DNA of 64,000 nucleotides from the human T2T-CHM13v2.0 reference genome, Homo sapiens: assembly GCF_009914755.1 (NCBI RefSeq), contig NC_060925.1; one strand, given 5' to 3'. The translations under genes were made by a program, and so were the position numbers. The notes under the pieces are model-generated. The model was not told the DNA's origin. It saw only the letters and a list, made by a program, of their open reading frames with translations, and did no database searches. Positions 17,975 through 40,590 of the stretch are shown piece by piece (the first letter of the stretch is position 1; the number at the start of each line of letters is the position of its first letter).

Positions 17975-18775
17975 CTGGAAGAGAAGGGGGATCCAGAGGT
18001 GAGGGTTGGCAGGGTGGAGGCAGTGTGGCCCAGGCCCCCTTGGGACGTGGTCACCACCTCCAAACCCATATCCTGGGCTCTGTTCTTTCTGAACATAGTG
18101 GAGCCATCTGTGTGGCCCCTTGGGGCACCCAGGCCCAGAGAGGGTGCAGCCAGTCCCCACCGTGCCCGGAGGGCTTTGGAAGCCCTTTCCCAAAGACCCC
18201 CATTTTCTCACGACCTGTTGGCCCAGGGCGAGGGTATTAGAGGCTGGAGTGGGAAGGACAGCTAAGTCCAGAAAATTCTAAAACAGTGTCATCTTTTGGG
18301 GATGTTTCTTCTCTTACCATCATATCTGGTAACCTAACTTCCCATAGCTGTAGCGTACTGTTCCCTACGGGTACCTGCTACTGGCGTGTTTGAGTCATCA
18401 CTTCCCTGTGGCAGGCTCCTGGTTTCCATCTGCCACTGGGTTCTGGGGGCACCAGCCGGCAGCTGGTCAGCAGCAAGGCCCCGGGTAGCAGAGCTGTTTC
18501 CTTGCAAGTCTGAGCAGGACTTTTTGTTGACTTTGCACCTGAACAGAGGCAATTCGAGAGGCCATGCGCAGGTTGGCATTCTCCTTTGGCCTCTGTCGTG
18601 CTGCCCGGTCGGGTCAGAGCAGCTGGGCCACCAGCCAGGCCAGGTCACTGTGGAGAGCCCCCACGGGCTTGCCAGAGCCTGCCCCGGGCTCAGCGTCTGG
18701 ACGGCAGAGCTCTTCAGGAGCCAGGTGGCGACTTTGAAGCACCATGCACATCATTTCTGGGGTCTGGAGTTGTAA

Positions 18776-20491
<1,716 letters not shown>

Positions 20492-20549
20492 AACCGCAGT
20501 ACTTTCTGTTGTTTCTGTGTGAGTGATTTTTTTTTTATTTTTTATTTTT

Positions 20550-22800
<2,251 letters not shown>

Positions 22801-23439
22801 CCTACAGTATAGAAAATCTGCTTGATGGCCAGGTGCAGTGGCTCACGCCTGTAATCTTAGCACTTTGGGAGGCTGAGATGAGTGGATCACTTGAGGTCAG
22901 GAGTTTTGAGGCCAGCCTGTGTGATGCAAACCGCCTCATGCAGACTGCAGAGAATACCGTTCAGGCTGAAAGAGCATCGGTGAGCGGCCAACGCACAGGC
23001 AGCCTCCCTCAGAAGAGCACAGCTTTGGCTCAGCACGCAGGGAATTCCACGAGAAGCATAGCTCACTGCAACCTCCACCTCCCCGCTTCAAGAGATTCTC
23101 CTATCTCAGCCTCCGGAGTAGCTGAGACTACAGGCGCCTGCCACCATTCCTGGCTCATTTTTTGTATTTTCAGTAGAGATGGGGTTTCACCTTGTTGCCC
23201 TGGGTGGTCTCAAACTCCTGACCTCAGGTGATCCACCCGCCTCGGCCTCCCAAAGTGCTGGGATTACAGGCGTGAGCCACTGGGCCCGACCAAGGTGTTT
23301 CCAGTTCTGAGGCCAATTTAAAGGCCAGGGGTCATTGTAATGAGTAGAGAAGAAAATAAAGGAAGAGGATAAAAGGCTAGAGTATAAAATTAAAAAAAAA
23401 AAAGAAAAGAAACAAAAAAGCAAGACCAATGTAAAGCAC

Positions 23440-25180
<1,741 letters not shown>

Positions 25181-25319
25181 CAACAGCAGACCGTGGTGCA
25201 GGCCCCCCAGACAAGCAGCCCCGGGCCGTGTGACCTCGTGCTCCTGCGGATGTGAAGCAAGGCCCTCAAGCCCAGTGTGGCCCCGTAGGACCCTCTGTGA
25301 CCAGGCAGAGCTGGGCTTC

Positions 25320-25480
25320 TGGGCTGTCCAGTAGGGCAGCCGTTGCCCACAGGTCGCTATGGAGCATGTGAAATGTGGCCCTTGTGGAGGAGGACCTGAA
25401 TTTTCACTATTATTTAATTTGGATCAATTTAAGTTTAAATAGCCAGATGTGGCAGTGACAGCCACGCTGGACAGCACAGT
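25320..25480. mobile_element. MER3/MER33-like hAT-Charlie remnant
   Basis: Terminal-inverted-repeat-like ends ctgtccag...ctggacagcacag around an AT-rich core aatttaagtttaaatagcc. Confidence 0.6.
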
Positions 25481-26054
25481 CTTGTACACTGTTGGTGGGA
25501 GTGTAAACTTGCACAACCACTTTGAAAAAGAACTCGGTGGGCTAGGCGAGGTGGCTCATGCCTGTAATCCAGCACCTTGGGAGGCTGAGGTGGGCAGACA
25601 GCCTGAGTTCAGGAGTTCCACACCAGCCTGGGAAACATGGCGAAACCCTGTGTCTACAAAAAAATACAAAAACTAGCCAGGTGCGGTGGTGCGTGCCTGT
25701 AGTTCCAGCTACTCAGGAGCTGAGGCAGGAGGATTGCTTGAGCCCGGGAGGTCGAGGCTGCAGTGAGCTGTGACTGCACCACTGCACTCCAGCCTAGGCG
25801 ACAGAGACCCTGTCTCAACAGAAAAAGAACTCACTTTGGTATTAGCTGATGCCAGTGAGGCTGGCTATGCCCTGTGATGCAGGCATGAGCCCCAGCCAGG
25901 TGCCCTGTGGGAACTCACACACAGGCCAAGGGGCAGTGCAGAACGGCCTTCGCAACAGTGTGTACCACGAACGCTCCCAAGTGCGCACTGGCAGAAGGAC
26001 GGATCTAGAACCCGAGGCTCTCTCAGGAAAGGAAACGCCACGCAGTGGTGAGGA

Positions 26055-26162
26055 CAGGAAGTGCGGCTCACACCGGAAGTGCGGCTCACACCGGAAGTGC
26101 GGCTCACACCGGAAGTGAGGCTCACACCGGAAGTGAGGCTCACACCGGAAGTGAGGCTCACA
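26055..26162 (+). promoter_or_regulatory. 6x18-bp tandem repeat CCGGAAGTG(C/A)GGCTCACA, forming a homotypic ETS-site array in a CpG-rich patch
   Basis: Five ACCGGAAGTG and one ACAGGAAGTG at 18-bp spacing. The repeat is certain; the regulatory role is inferred. Confidence 0.6.
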
Positions 26163-26764
26163 CAGGCTGTGGAGAACCGGCCCAGCTCCGCGCTGAGCTG
26201 CAGGGCGTGCGGAACGCGCACCACGCGAAGACAGACAGGAGGAGGACGGAGGTTTCTGGATCTCGATGCGTATGTGGGAAAACGATCAAGAGAAGCAAGG
26301 AGGAGACGCAAGCGATTCCCGATGGCGGCGGGCTGCAGGGCAGGAGGCATGGGGAGGGCAGGGCCCGCCCGTTTCTCGGCACCTCTCCCCGCTGGTGCGC
26401 GTCTAACAACAGCCACAGCTGCAGAGCTAGACAGAAGCCCCCCGCAGCCCGGCCCCTCCAGGGGGCACCGCAGAGCCTCTTCCCCGCCCTGTGCGGCTCC
26501 GCCCGTGCTGGGCCTGCTGGGCCAATGCTGGAGGTGCCTTCAAGTCTTCGGTTAGCGTCAACGTGAATGTACATTTTCGTCCACTCCAAAAACAACACTT
26601 AGTGGCACATAAGAATATTTTCTTGCTTAACCGTCACTTAACATCGAAGGCCTGGGAAAATTCTCTACTTTCCAGCCCTCCCCTGGGCCCCTCAGCCCCC
26701 TGGAATGCTGCCCTGAGGCCCTCACCGCCCGCCCACCCTGGCTTGGCCTGGCAGCCTGGCTCAC

Positions 26765-26924
26765 CTGCGGGCTGCTCCTCCTCCTGCTCCTTGTCCAGCT
26801 TCTCCAGCTCCTTCCGGCTCTGCATGTCCGCCTGGGAGGACTCCGTGCCCTCTAGCTGCTGCTCAGAGAAGCTGGTGGCGGCTTTGTCATACAAGCTTTT
26901 ATCTTCGTAGGTCAGGAGACTGCT
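26765..26924 (-). CDS. CFAP74: CFAP74 coding exon 17 (160 nt, c.2017-2176)
   Basis: ctctag|AGCAGT...CGCAG|gtgagc; SSLLTYEDKSLYDKAATSFSEQQLE...EEEQPA. Confidence 0.92.
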
Positions 26925-27693
26925 CTAGAGAGGAGAATCAACATCCTGGCTTGGGAGGTTTCCCACCTCCTTTTCCCAGTCAGCTGCCGGAACTCCCATG
27001 AGGACAGGCCGTGTTGGGGGCTGGACCCTGGCTCCAGCGTGGCCCCTCAGCTGCCTCCTCGGCTGCCTGCTCTCGTCTCACCCATCCTGGTTGTGGGATC
27101 ACAGCAGCAGCTCACCCAGAGACTCAGAGTCACCCCTCAGCCTCCCTCACTCCAGGCCGGGTGGGCATGGCTGTGCTGCCCCAGCCTGGGAGTGTGAGCC
27201 ACATCTTCCTCTTGGTCCAACCCTCCTTCCTCCTTGGCTGGCTAGAGGCTGAGGCTTCTCTCCACCTGAGCCTTGGGACACCCATACCCGTGACAGGACA
27301 AGACGCGCTCACACTTGGAACAGGTGCAGCTGTGGCCATGGAGTGCACCTGTCCAGTCCTCCCACCCCCACACCTGGGGCTTCAGAGATGCGTCGGGGGA
27401 GGCTGGGTCTCCTGGGGCCCTCGGGCCTGGAGCTGCTGGCCAGCACCCCTGCTGCTACGTGCCTGAGAAAGGGAGTGTCCTGCTGCTGCTGCCCCTGAGG
27501 CCAGGTGACTGCAGGTGTCCTACAGAAGAAGCTGGTCTCTTCTGCTTAGGCTGATTTGAGGAGGCCCCCACACTGCCCTCCTTCTCCCAGGCCCACTGTT
27601 GATACCCTCATGTTGTCACCTCTGTTCACCCACATGGGACTGGATTTGGGGGGCAGGTCCCCACACTCCCCCATGGCTGAGTGGCACACTCAC

Positions 27694-27858
27694 TAATTTC
27701 AGGGCAGACTGGGAGTCGTCCATCTCACAGGGCTCTGAAGCTGGCAGGAACTTGAAAGTCGTGCCCAAGCCCCCAACGTTGGTCAGCGTGATGGTCCGAG
27801 ACGTGGTCTCTCCTACCACGTAGCTGCCGAAGTCAATGAGCTCCTTGTCGAGGGACAG
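27694..27858 (-). CDS. CFAP74: CFAP74 coding exon 16 (165 nt, c.1852-2016)
   Basis: tggcag|CTGTCC...AATTA|gtgagt; LSLDKELIDFGSYVVGETTSRTITLTNVGGLGTTFKF...ALKL. Confidence 0.94.
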
Positions 27859-30193
27859 CTGCCAGAGGACATGGAGTGAACTCAGGGCCACCGTGCCAGG
27901 CCCACAGGGTGCCCAGCGTGAGGCCTGCACGTGGCTCCAGGCAGGGCTGCCCTGAGCATTTGTGCGCGTTGTGCACTGCACAAGCAGGTACACGATTCAA
28001 CCCGGAAATCAGGTGTGTATTGCTCATGACAAGGTGTGGCACGCGAGTCTGGTTTTAAGAACATCAAGGCAGGAGCCCCCTCGCCACGGAGTAACAAGGG
28101 TTCAGTGAGAGGACGCAGGGCCCGGATGCAGGGCCTAAACAAGGAGCCTGGACACGGGGCTTTGGAGGTCCTGAGGATGGATGGTGTCATTCCTGGGTGA
28201 GGTCAGCTGGACTCTGGATACAGGGACCCAGGGAGCATCCTTCCAGAACGGGAGCACGCCCTCCATGGGGGTGCCTCACCATGCCCGCTGTGGGCCACAG
28301 GCCACAGAAGCTCTGGTGCTGGCTAAGGATGCAGGCCCGGGCCATACCTCGGCTCTGCCCAATGGCCCCTCCTCGGGAGGCTTTTCTGGGCTCTGAGTTT
28401 GGAGGCCCAGGGGCTCCCCACTCTGTGCTCCTGCTCCAGGGGCAGGACCAGGGGCCACCGACGCAAATGGACGTGGTTCGCAGAGGGCGGTCGGGGTCCA
28501 GCCAAGGGAGGCCGCCTCCTTCCCGCCTGCACCGCCTGGGTCCTGTTCTCCCCTTGTTCAGATGGGGTTTTACTGTTTTTACAGTCCCCAGCCTGGACGC
28601 TCCCCTGGGAGAAGCAAGCCCCTGCTCAGGGGAGCCGAGGGTCTCGGTGCTCCTGTCACGGAGGAGCACTTGACACTGCAAAGACCAAATGCGGGAGAGG
28701 CCGGGGCAGCTCTGGCCAGGACACCTGGGGCCTCGCCGGGCACGTGCTCCATGATGCTGATCCGGAGTGGAGCAGGCCAGTACCAGACTCCTGCCGGGCT
28801 CCCAGGCTGAGCAGGAGGGAGCCGGAGCCTGGCTGTCTGCGGGGGGGCGGGGGACTTCCTGCTGCCCCTGGCCCTGGTGCTCGGTGTCCTGGGCCTGAGT
28901 CTTGGCTCACCAAGAGCCCGCACAGCCGAGTGCCGGCCCAACCGTGACCGCTCTGAGGAGAAGGCGGCAGCCACAGGGCAAGGAGCTGCTCGGGTGCCCT
29001 AGGACGGCAGTGGTCCCTGCATGAACCCAAGCGGGGCCACTTGAGTGCCAAGAGGAAGGGAGACTAAAGTGACTGGAACACACCAAATACTCAAACACTG
29101 GTGAGCCTATGAAGAAACTGAGAGGAAAACACTTTTCTCTCTGCCACCATCGGTGACTCTCATCCCAACCCCTCTCCACGGCGACACGCGGTGAAGGAGG
29201 AAGCACGCGACAGAGAAAGTTACACAGGTGCTCATCAAAGGTGGCTTGGGGCCAGCGTGGCCTGGATCACGGGTGACCATGAGGGCGTCTGCTGATCTTC
29301 CTGGGGTGGGGGACATAGCGCGCCTCTGCCCTTCGCCTGCCCCGGCTTGTTCCTCCTCTAGTGTAAGAATGGGCCTCTTCCTGCCCCGCTGACGCAGGCT
29401 CAGGCTGTGAGACTTGCCTTGACCTGTGAATTCTTAGGAGATAATGACGTCCCCACTGTCCTCTGGGAGATGCTCGTGCTGCCGTAGCTGCCACTCTGGA
29501 GTCCAGCCTGGACGGGGCTGGCCGCAGAGGGCTTCACACTCGCGGCTGAGCCAGGAGCCGTTTGCTGTGTGGCAGGTGCGGTGCGAGCTGACCAATTACT
29601 CGGCGGGGGCCGGGGGGACAATGATGTGTGGGTTCCTGGTTTACTGGAGATGCATGCTGAAGTTTCTGAGGGTGGAGTGTTGACATTTTACTAATGTACT
29701 TTGAAATGGATCAGCAACAACAGATATAGCAGTTGATGGACCAAGCAAAGGTGTCCGAGGCCGACAATGTGGAGTCTGGGAGGATGCGGGGTCCGGGTTG
29801 CAGCGCGTGGAGCCTTGTTCTGCTGTTCTGTTTTCCTCTATGCTTGAAATTTTTCTTAGTTAAAAAGAATCAGGCGGGATCCCCCCAAGAGCTGCAGATG
29901 AATGTTAAGTTTTCCTGAGCCACAGGCCCTGCAGTCTGGGCTCCACACAGAGCAGGGTTTGTCTCATTTTTCCAGCACTGGTCCGAGTGCCCCACGTTCG
30001 AGACCCCACCTAAGGTTCGGCTCAGGCCCACCTGAGCTGCTGTTGGAAGAAGGGGCTCAGCCCCTGGTGAAGATTGGAGCTTCCACCTGGTCCCCCCGCC
30101 AACCTGCACCCCCTCCCAGGAGATGCCGTCCCCCACTGGGGTTCCCAGCCAGCATGCCCCGAGAAATGCTGGCTCGGACACCTTTGAACTCAC

Positions 30194-30763
<570 letters not shown>

Positions 30764-31037
30764 TAGCTTCCTGGAACATCCCAGCCCTCCCGACTTAGAC
30801 CCGAGAGTGCACGCCCTCGGCCACTAACCCAGAGGAGCTGCGCCGCGGTTCTGCCCAGCATTCAGGAATATGTTGAGTGTATTTTTGGAAGTAAAATTGC
30901 AAAACAGGGGCCTGCGTGATCCTCACTGAGAGGCCAAGTGCATCCTTCCCCCATCATGTTCTGCGCCACCATGCCCGATCACAGGCTCCACCCACCACCA
31001 CCTCCCCTTCGAGAGAGAACGGGCCCCTCTGACTCAC

Positions 31038-31104
31038 CATCGGCTTGAAGGTGACAAGCACTTCACAGGACATTCCGGCTGACAGGGGGCCAGGGGGGTC
31101 AAAG
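31038..31104 (-). CDS. CFAP74: CFAP74 coding exon 14 (67 nt, c.1695-1761)
   Basis: ctgcag|CTTTGA...CGATG|gtgagt; DFDPPGPLSAGMSCEVLVTFKPM (ASH-like G..VTFKP motif). Confidence 0.93.
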
Positions 31105-31729
31105 CTGCAGGGCGTGACCCATAGCACACGGGGGTTAGTGCTGCGGAGGGCAGACGCTCGCCTCACCACCCAGAGCACAGTCAGGCTGGGCCTCCTGGCC
31201 TCCTCCCCATCCCGGGCCTGGCCCCCTGCCCAGCCGCCTTCACCCCGGGGAGTGCTGGATCTGCTGCATTCCCTGCTGCCGCCAGTACCTGGCAGGCAGG
31301 GGGCGCTCCAGTGTGTGCGAACGTTTGTGGAGTGAGGGAGTTAATCACTGAAGGCGTGAGGCAAGTCCCCAGGCCAACTGCCAGGAAATGGGACCCCATG
31401 GGTCGGAGAGGGCCACAGTTCCCCTGGGCACAGGTGCCAGGCCTGGGACCGGGGCTCTAGGGCTTTGATACCAATATGGGACCAGGGGGCTGTGGGCAGG
31501 AGCCAGGAAGAGAGCTGGAACTGGGAGTCCTGAGACAGCTGGGACCCTCGGGACCCTCTCAGCCCCTTTCAGGGAAAGAACCACAAAAATAGCCCCTACT
31601 GCACAGGCCACTTGAGGGAGCTGGTCTGTCTTGGCCCAGATCAGGGTGAGGGAGCATCTCCCCAAGGAATTCCTGACGCCAGCCTGATTTCACAAGGTTG
31701 GATTTTACCTAATGTGCTTGGTTTAGAAA

Positions 31730-34941
<3,212 letters not shown>

Positions 34942-35454
34942 CTGGGAAAGGCCGAGGTAGCAGCTTCAGAGCGGGTCACAGGGGGCTGTGCTGTGAGCAC
35001 CGAGGCAGCTTTGCCTCAAGGTAACCGCTGGTGAGCATTTGCCAACTAGGGAGAGGTTCCCAGGGAACAATTTCCAAGGTTTCTCCCAGAATCGAGAAGG
35101 CCCCTGGGGTGCATGAAGGACAGGTCTGGGGGTGGAACCTGTCACATAAGAGCCTTCGCCACTTGAGGCAGGACAGGGCCTTGCTGGGGCCCGCAGGTGG
35201 GAGTAAGAGAAAAGGCTCAGACACTGTGGGTTCCAAGGTGGGTCCCTGACTCCATGGATGGACTTGAGCTGGGGTCAAATACAGGAGCCCACAGCCTGCT
35301 CTGTCTTGCAGAGTTTGGCAGAGGCGTCCAGGCACCAACCTCAGCCTCACATGTTCCCACCCTGTCCCTGCTACATCCCTGTCCCGAGGTTCAGGGGACC
35401 CCCACTGCCCCAAGTGGCACAGGGCTTTCGGGGCCACGGCACCCCCATTGCTCA

Positions 35455-36219
<765 letters not shown>

Positions 36220-37444
36220 TTAGCAGAGCACGGACAGCCCAGCCCCACCGGCTGCCACCAGCGCTGGAGCTGGGAAGAGCCCCATGGCCCGGGGAGTTGC
36301 TCTGAGTTGCTCAGAAAGGCCCTGGGGACCGACTGACTTTCTGCTCCATTGACAAGGCAGGGACCCCTCACTTCCAAAAAAGAGGAAACCAGGAAACAAG
36401 AGCAGACAGCTCCAGATTCAGGTGGATTTCTGGGAAATGATGTGGAGGGGGAACTTTCCAGATTGTTAAATCAGGACAAGAGGAAGGTTTTGAAAGGTTC
36501 TGCAGGAAGCAGTTTTCTCGAGCGGGCAGTGTCAGCACACACTGGGCTTTCTCAGATGAAAAGCCGCTTCCCTGGCCAACACCAGCAACCAGGAAGATCA
36601 GAACTGGAGTCCTGAACTGTCCCTTCAGAAGCTGCTTGGACTCTGCGTGGGTCCTGGCTCTGGGCTGTGGGCTGTCCCTGCTGGTGCCCATGCCCGGCAG
36701 CCGGGCAGCCTCCTCCCTGGCTTCCCGGGGTGGGGGGGGCACTTGGCACCCTCCTCTTGTCCAGAGGCAGCCTTCTCCCTTGGGTGTCCCCAGTGGGCAG
36801 GTGGTGGCTCTGCCTGGCCTGTCTTGTTCACCACCCTGGTCAGCCCGGCATCCCCAGAACCAGCAGAACCAGGTGGCTTTTGCCCTGACAGTAGAGGTGG
36901 CCAATGCTTACAGAAACCGGGCGGCGGGCATTGCCCTCCCACGTGGGACAGGGCCACAGCCTGAGCCACACTGCTGCAGAGACCGTGTCTTGCTGTAACT
37001 GCTCTTTCAGAGGCAGAAGGACCCCAGCGCCAGATGGGGCATGTTTCTTACAAAAGGCCGTCAAAGAAAGTTTGCACGCTTCTTCTAGAAAGATGCTTCT
37101 CCAATAGTACACGGAGTAGCTCAGAGTCATTCCCTCAGCCTTTCAGCTTTGGAGCCCCACCGTCCCTCCCCGTTACACCATGGTGACCGAGCTGTCTGTC
37201 AGGGGGAGCTTGGGGTCGTCGAGCACGCGTGGTGCCCTCCAGGCTCCGCGAAGAGGGAAAGGCATGAGTGTGGAGAGGGAGGCGGGGGGCGTCCACACAC
37301 AGGAGAGGGTGGCGGGAGATGGCAGGCACAGCCAGGAGAAGCCTCAGAGCAGCTGGTGTGGCCGGGGCAGGCGTGGGAGGTGGCGAGCCGGCGACAGAGG
37401 GCCGGGGTCCGTCTGCAAGCGTCTAAAGGAGCAGGAGCTGATAC

Positions 37445-37600
37445 CTGGTATGGCTTGTAGTCTTCATTCCAAAGCCCAGAGATCTCGGGCTCAGCTAACG
37501 TTTCCTCCTCTGAGCTGGCCCCGGGGTCCCCCTGGATAAGCTCACTGGAAACGACTTCCAGCAACCGAGAGGGCCCGGGGCCTGCAGCAGCCTCGTAGTC
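37445..37600 (-). CDS. CFAP74: CFAP74 coding exon 11 (156 nt, c.1246-1401)
   Basis: ctgcag|GACTAC...ACCAG|gtatca; DYEAAAGPGPSRLLEVVSSE...EDYKPYQ. Confidence 0.9.
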
Positions 37601-37860
37601 CTGCAGTCGGGGAGAGGAACATCGCAAAGACACGCTCATGACAGAGAACAGGGAAGAGAAACTCGGCCCAGCCCCCGCCGGTATGGCCCGCTGCCTGCCC
37701 CCGTTCTTCTGCCTCACGTACTCTGCATGGAGATAGCGGTGCACACGGTTTTGTAACTTTTTCTACTTGAAATATAAGTATTTTAATACATTATTAAATA
37801 TTTTTCTACAATGCTCAGAAGAGTCTGCAAAATATTTCCTTTGATAGGAAAATGTTCTAA

Positions 37861-38208
<348 letters not shown>

Positions 38209-38954
38209 GCAGTTCTCATTTCTGTGGATATAAGCCATGCCCGGGAAAAGCCCCAGGCTGACCCCAGGAGGATGGCTGTGGTGGTTTCCTCAGAATGAGT
38301 TTGGGGACGGAGCCTTGCCTATCTGCTCTGGCTCTGTCCCAGGCCTGCTGGAGAAGGGGGAACTGGGCCGGGTAGACAGGGTTCTTCTTCCTGGGGACCG
38401 TCCTATGGAGCGACAGACAGGAAGTCTGGACGGGGCCAGCGCATTGCTGTTACTGTGACCTGTATAGTGCCACAGGTGGTGCCACAGAAAATCGCAGGGA
38501 GCAGCTCACGGGTGGGGGTGGGGGCAGGGGAGGCTTCTCTGGAGCAAGGAGGCGCAGCAGGGTGCTCCTGGCGGAGGGATCGGCGGGTGCAAAGGCCCCG
38601 GCGTGAGACGGGCAGTGAGGGGTGGATGGGGCAAAGGCTCAGCCCAGGCACTGGGAGCCTGGGTAGCAGGAAAGGACCTTCTCTGGTGCCCTGAAGGGCA
38701 CCGCAGAGACCCTGTGGAGGCCAAAGCTGAGGCAGCCCAAGGCTTTCTCTTTCCCAGCAGGGCATCGGTTGCAGCAGTGACCTTGACCTTCAGGTTTTGG
38801 GGTACACAAGGGCAGAGACTGCAGCACTGTGCCAGACTCAGGAGAGGACCATCGTCCCTACCCCACACCTTTAGGGAAAGGTAAACTAGAAATACATTCC
38901 CCCAACTGAAGCCAGTTGCCTGCAGCAGCAGTGGACACCAAGCAGGCCCTGGAT

Positions 38955-39270
38955 GTGAGTGAGTGAGTGAATGAGTAAGTGAGTGAATAAGTGAATGTGT
39001 GAGTGAATGAATGAATGAGTGAATCAGTGAGTGAGTGAATGAGTGAATGAGTAAAGAATGAATGAGTGAATGAGTGAGCGAATGAGTGAATGAATGAGTG
39101 AATGAGTGAATGAATAAGTGTATCAGTGAGTGAGTGAATGAATGAGTGAATGAGTAAAGAGTGAATGAGTGAATGAATGAGTGAATGAATGAAGAATGAG
39201 TGAGTGAATGAATGAAGAAAGAATGAGTGAGTGAACGAATAAAGGATGAGTGAGTGAATGAATGAGTGAT
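38955..39270. repeat. (GAAT/GAGT)n tetranucleotide repeat
   Basis: Visible tandem TGAA/TGAG. Confidence 0.95.
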
Positions 39271-39708
39271 AGGAAAGCTGTCCTCTAGGTGCTATCAGGA
39301 GTGCTTTGTAGCAGGGTGATCCCAGGCATGTGGTCTGAACGGCTGTGCACATCTCCCTGGCAGGCGGCTGACCCAGCTCTACAGGGCCAGGCAAGGTGGT
39401 CCCAGCCTGGTGGGCAGCAACACTGCTGGGGGTGACGCAGGGTCTGGTGGGCACACCGAGACCAGGAGGACACTGGACCCTTGCTGGGGATGCTGCGGCC
39501 ATGGGCCTCTCTCATGTGGTGGGTCCGTAGTGTGTCTTGTCCCCTTGTCCTTGAGCTGAGTGGCGGCCACTCAGCGGGCTCAGCAACCCCCTGCAGGTGG
39601 CCATGGTGCTGAGGTCCTCAGAGGATGTCTCACCACACCTGAGCCCTGAGGCCCCACCTGCCCTCCACAGGTGTGCGGCTTCTGTCTACAGGAAGGCGTT
39701 TTGCTCAC

Positions 39709-39907
39709 CAGTGTGTACGTGTTGGTTGGGACTGTGGTCTTCTTGCAAAAGTCAGAAATGTAGTTCCAGGTCTTGTCCCTCAGGGTCAGCCGGTGCCTGG
39801 CACTGGTGGGGGGATGCTGTTTCTTCCTCTTTTCCTCCTCAGCCTCCTCTTTCAGAATCCGACTGATGATCTCCTGCTTTCTGAGCTTCTGCTCCTCCTC
39901 AAAGGCC
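39709..39907 (-). CDS. CFAP74: CFAP74 coding exon 10 (199 nt, c.1047-1245)
   Basis: acgcag|GGCCTT...CACTG|gtgagc; RAFEEEQKLRKQEIISRILKEE...TNTYTL. Confidence 0.93.
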
Positions 39908-39960
39908 CTGCGTGGAGTCGCTTCTCAGATGAGTGCAAGAGGTCCCCTGCCTCCACCTTG

Positions 39961-40098
39961 CCCCAGATGAGACAGTGCCCGGCGGCCCCTCCCTAGCGCC
40001 CTCCTGGGGGCTCCGGTCCTGCCCAGCAGCCCCAGGTGAGACAGCGCCTGGCGGCCCCTCCCTAGCTCCCTCCTGGGGACTCCATCCTACCCAGCAGG
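39961..40098. repeat. 69-bp direct duplication
   Basis: gagacag(t/c)gcc(c/t)ggcggcccctccctagc...cctcctgggg...cccagcag occurs twice. Confidence 0.85.
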
Positions 40099-40194
40099 GC
40101 TCTTGGGGTGGGAACTTCCTGGTCCTGGAGCTAAACGCAAGCTCCAGTGGGAAGCAGATGGGCAGAGGCCAAGCCAGAGGTTCCAGGCTTAAAC

Positions 40195-40590
40195 CCCAGC
40201 CCTGCCCTGCCCAGTCCATCCCTGCCAAGCCCAGTCCTGCTCAGTCCTGCCCAGCCCTGCCCAGCCCTGCCCAGCCCAGCCTAGCCCTGCCCAGCCCTGC
40301 CCTGCCCAACCCAGCCCTGCCCAGCCCTGCCCAACCCAGCCCTGCCCTGCCCTGCCCAGCCCAGGCCTTCCCAGCCCAGCCCTGCACTGCCCAGCCCTGC
40401 CTTGCCCAGCCCTGCCCTGCCCAGCCCAGCCCAGACCTTCCCAGTCCAGCCCTGCCAAGCCCAGCCTTGCCCAGCTTAGCCCTGCCCTGCCCAGCCCAGC
40501 CCATCCCTTCCAAGTCCAGTCCTGCCCAGCCCTGCCCAGCCCAGCCCTGCCCGGCCCAGCCCTGCCCACTTCGCAGCCCAGTCCCCCAGC
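40195..40590. repeat. (CCCAG/CCCTG)n pentamer repeat
   Basis: Roughly 75 degenerate pentamers. Confidence 0.95.
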
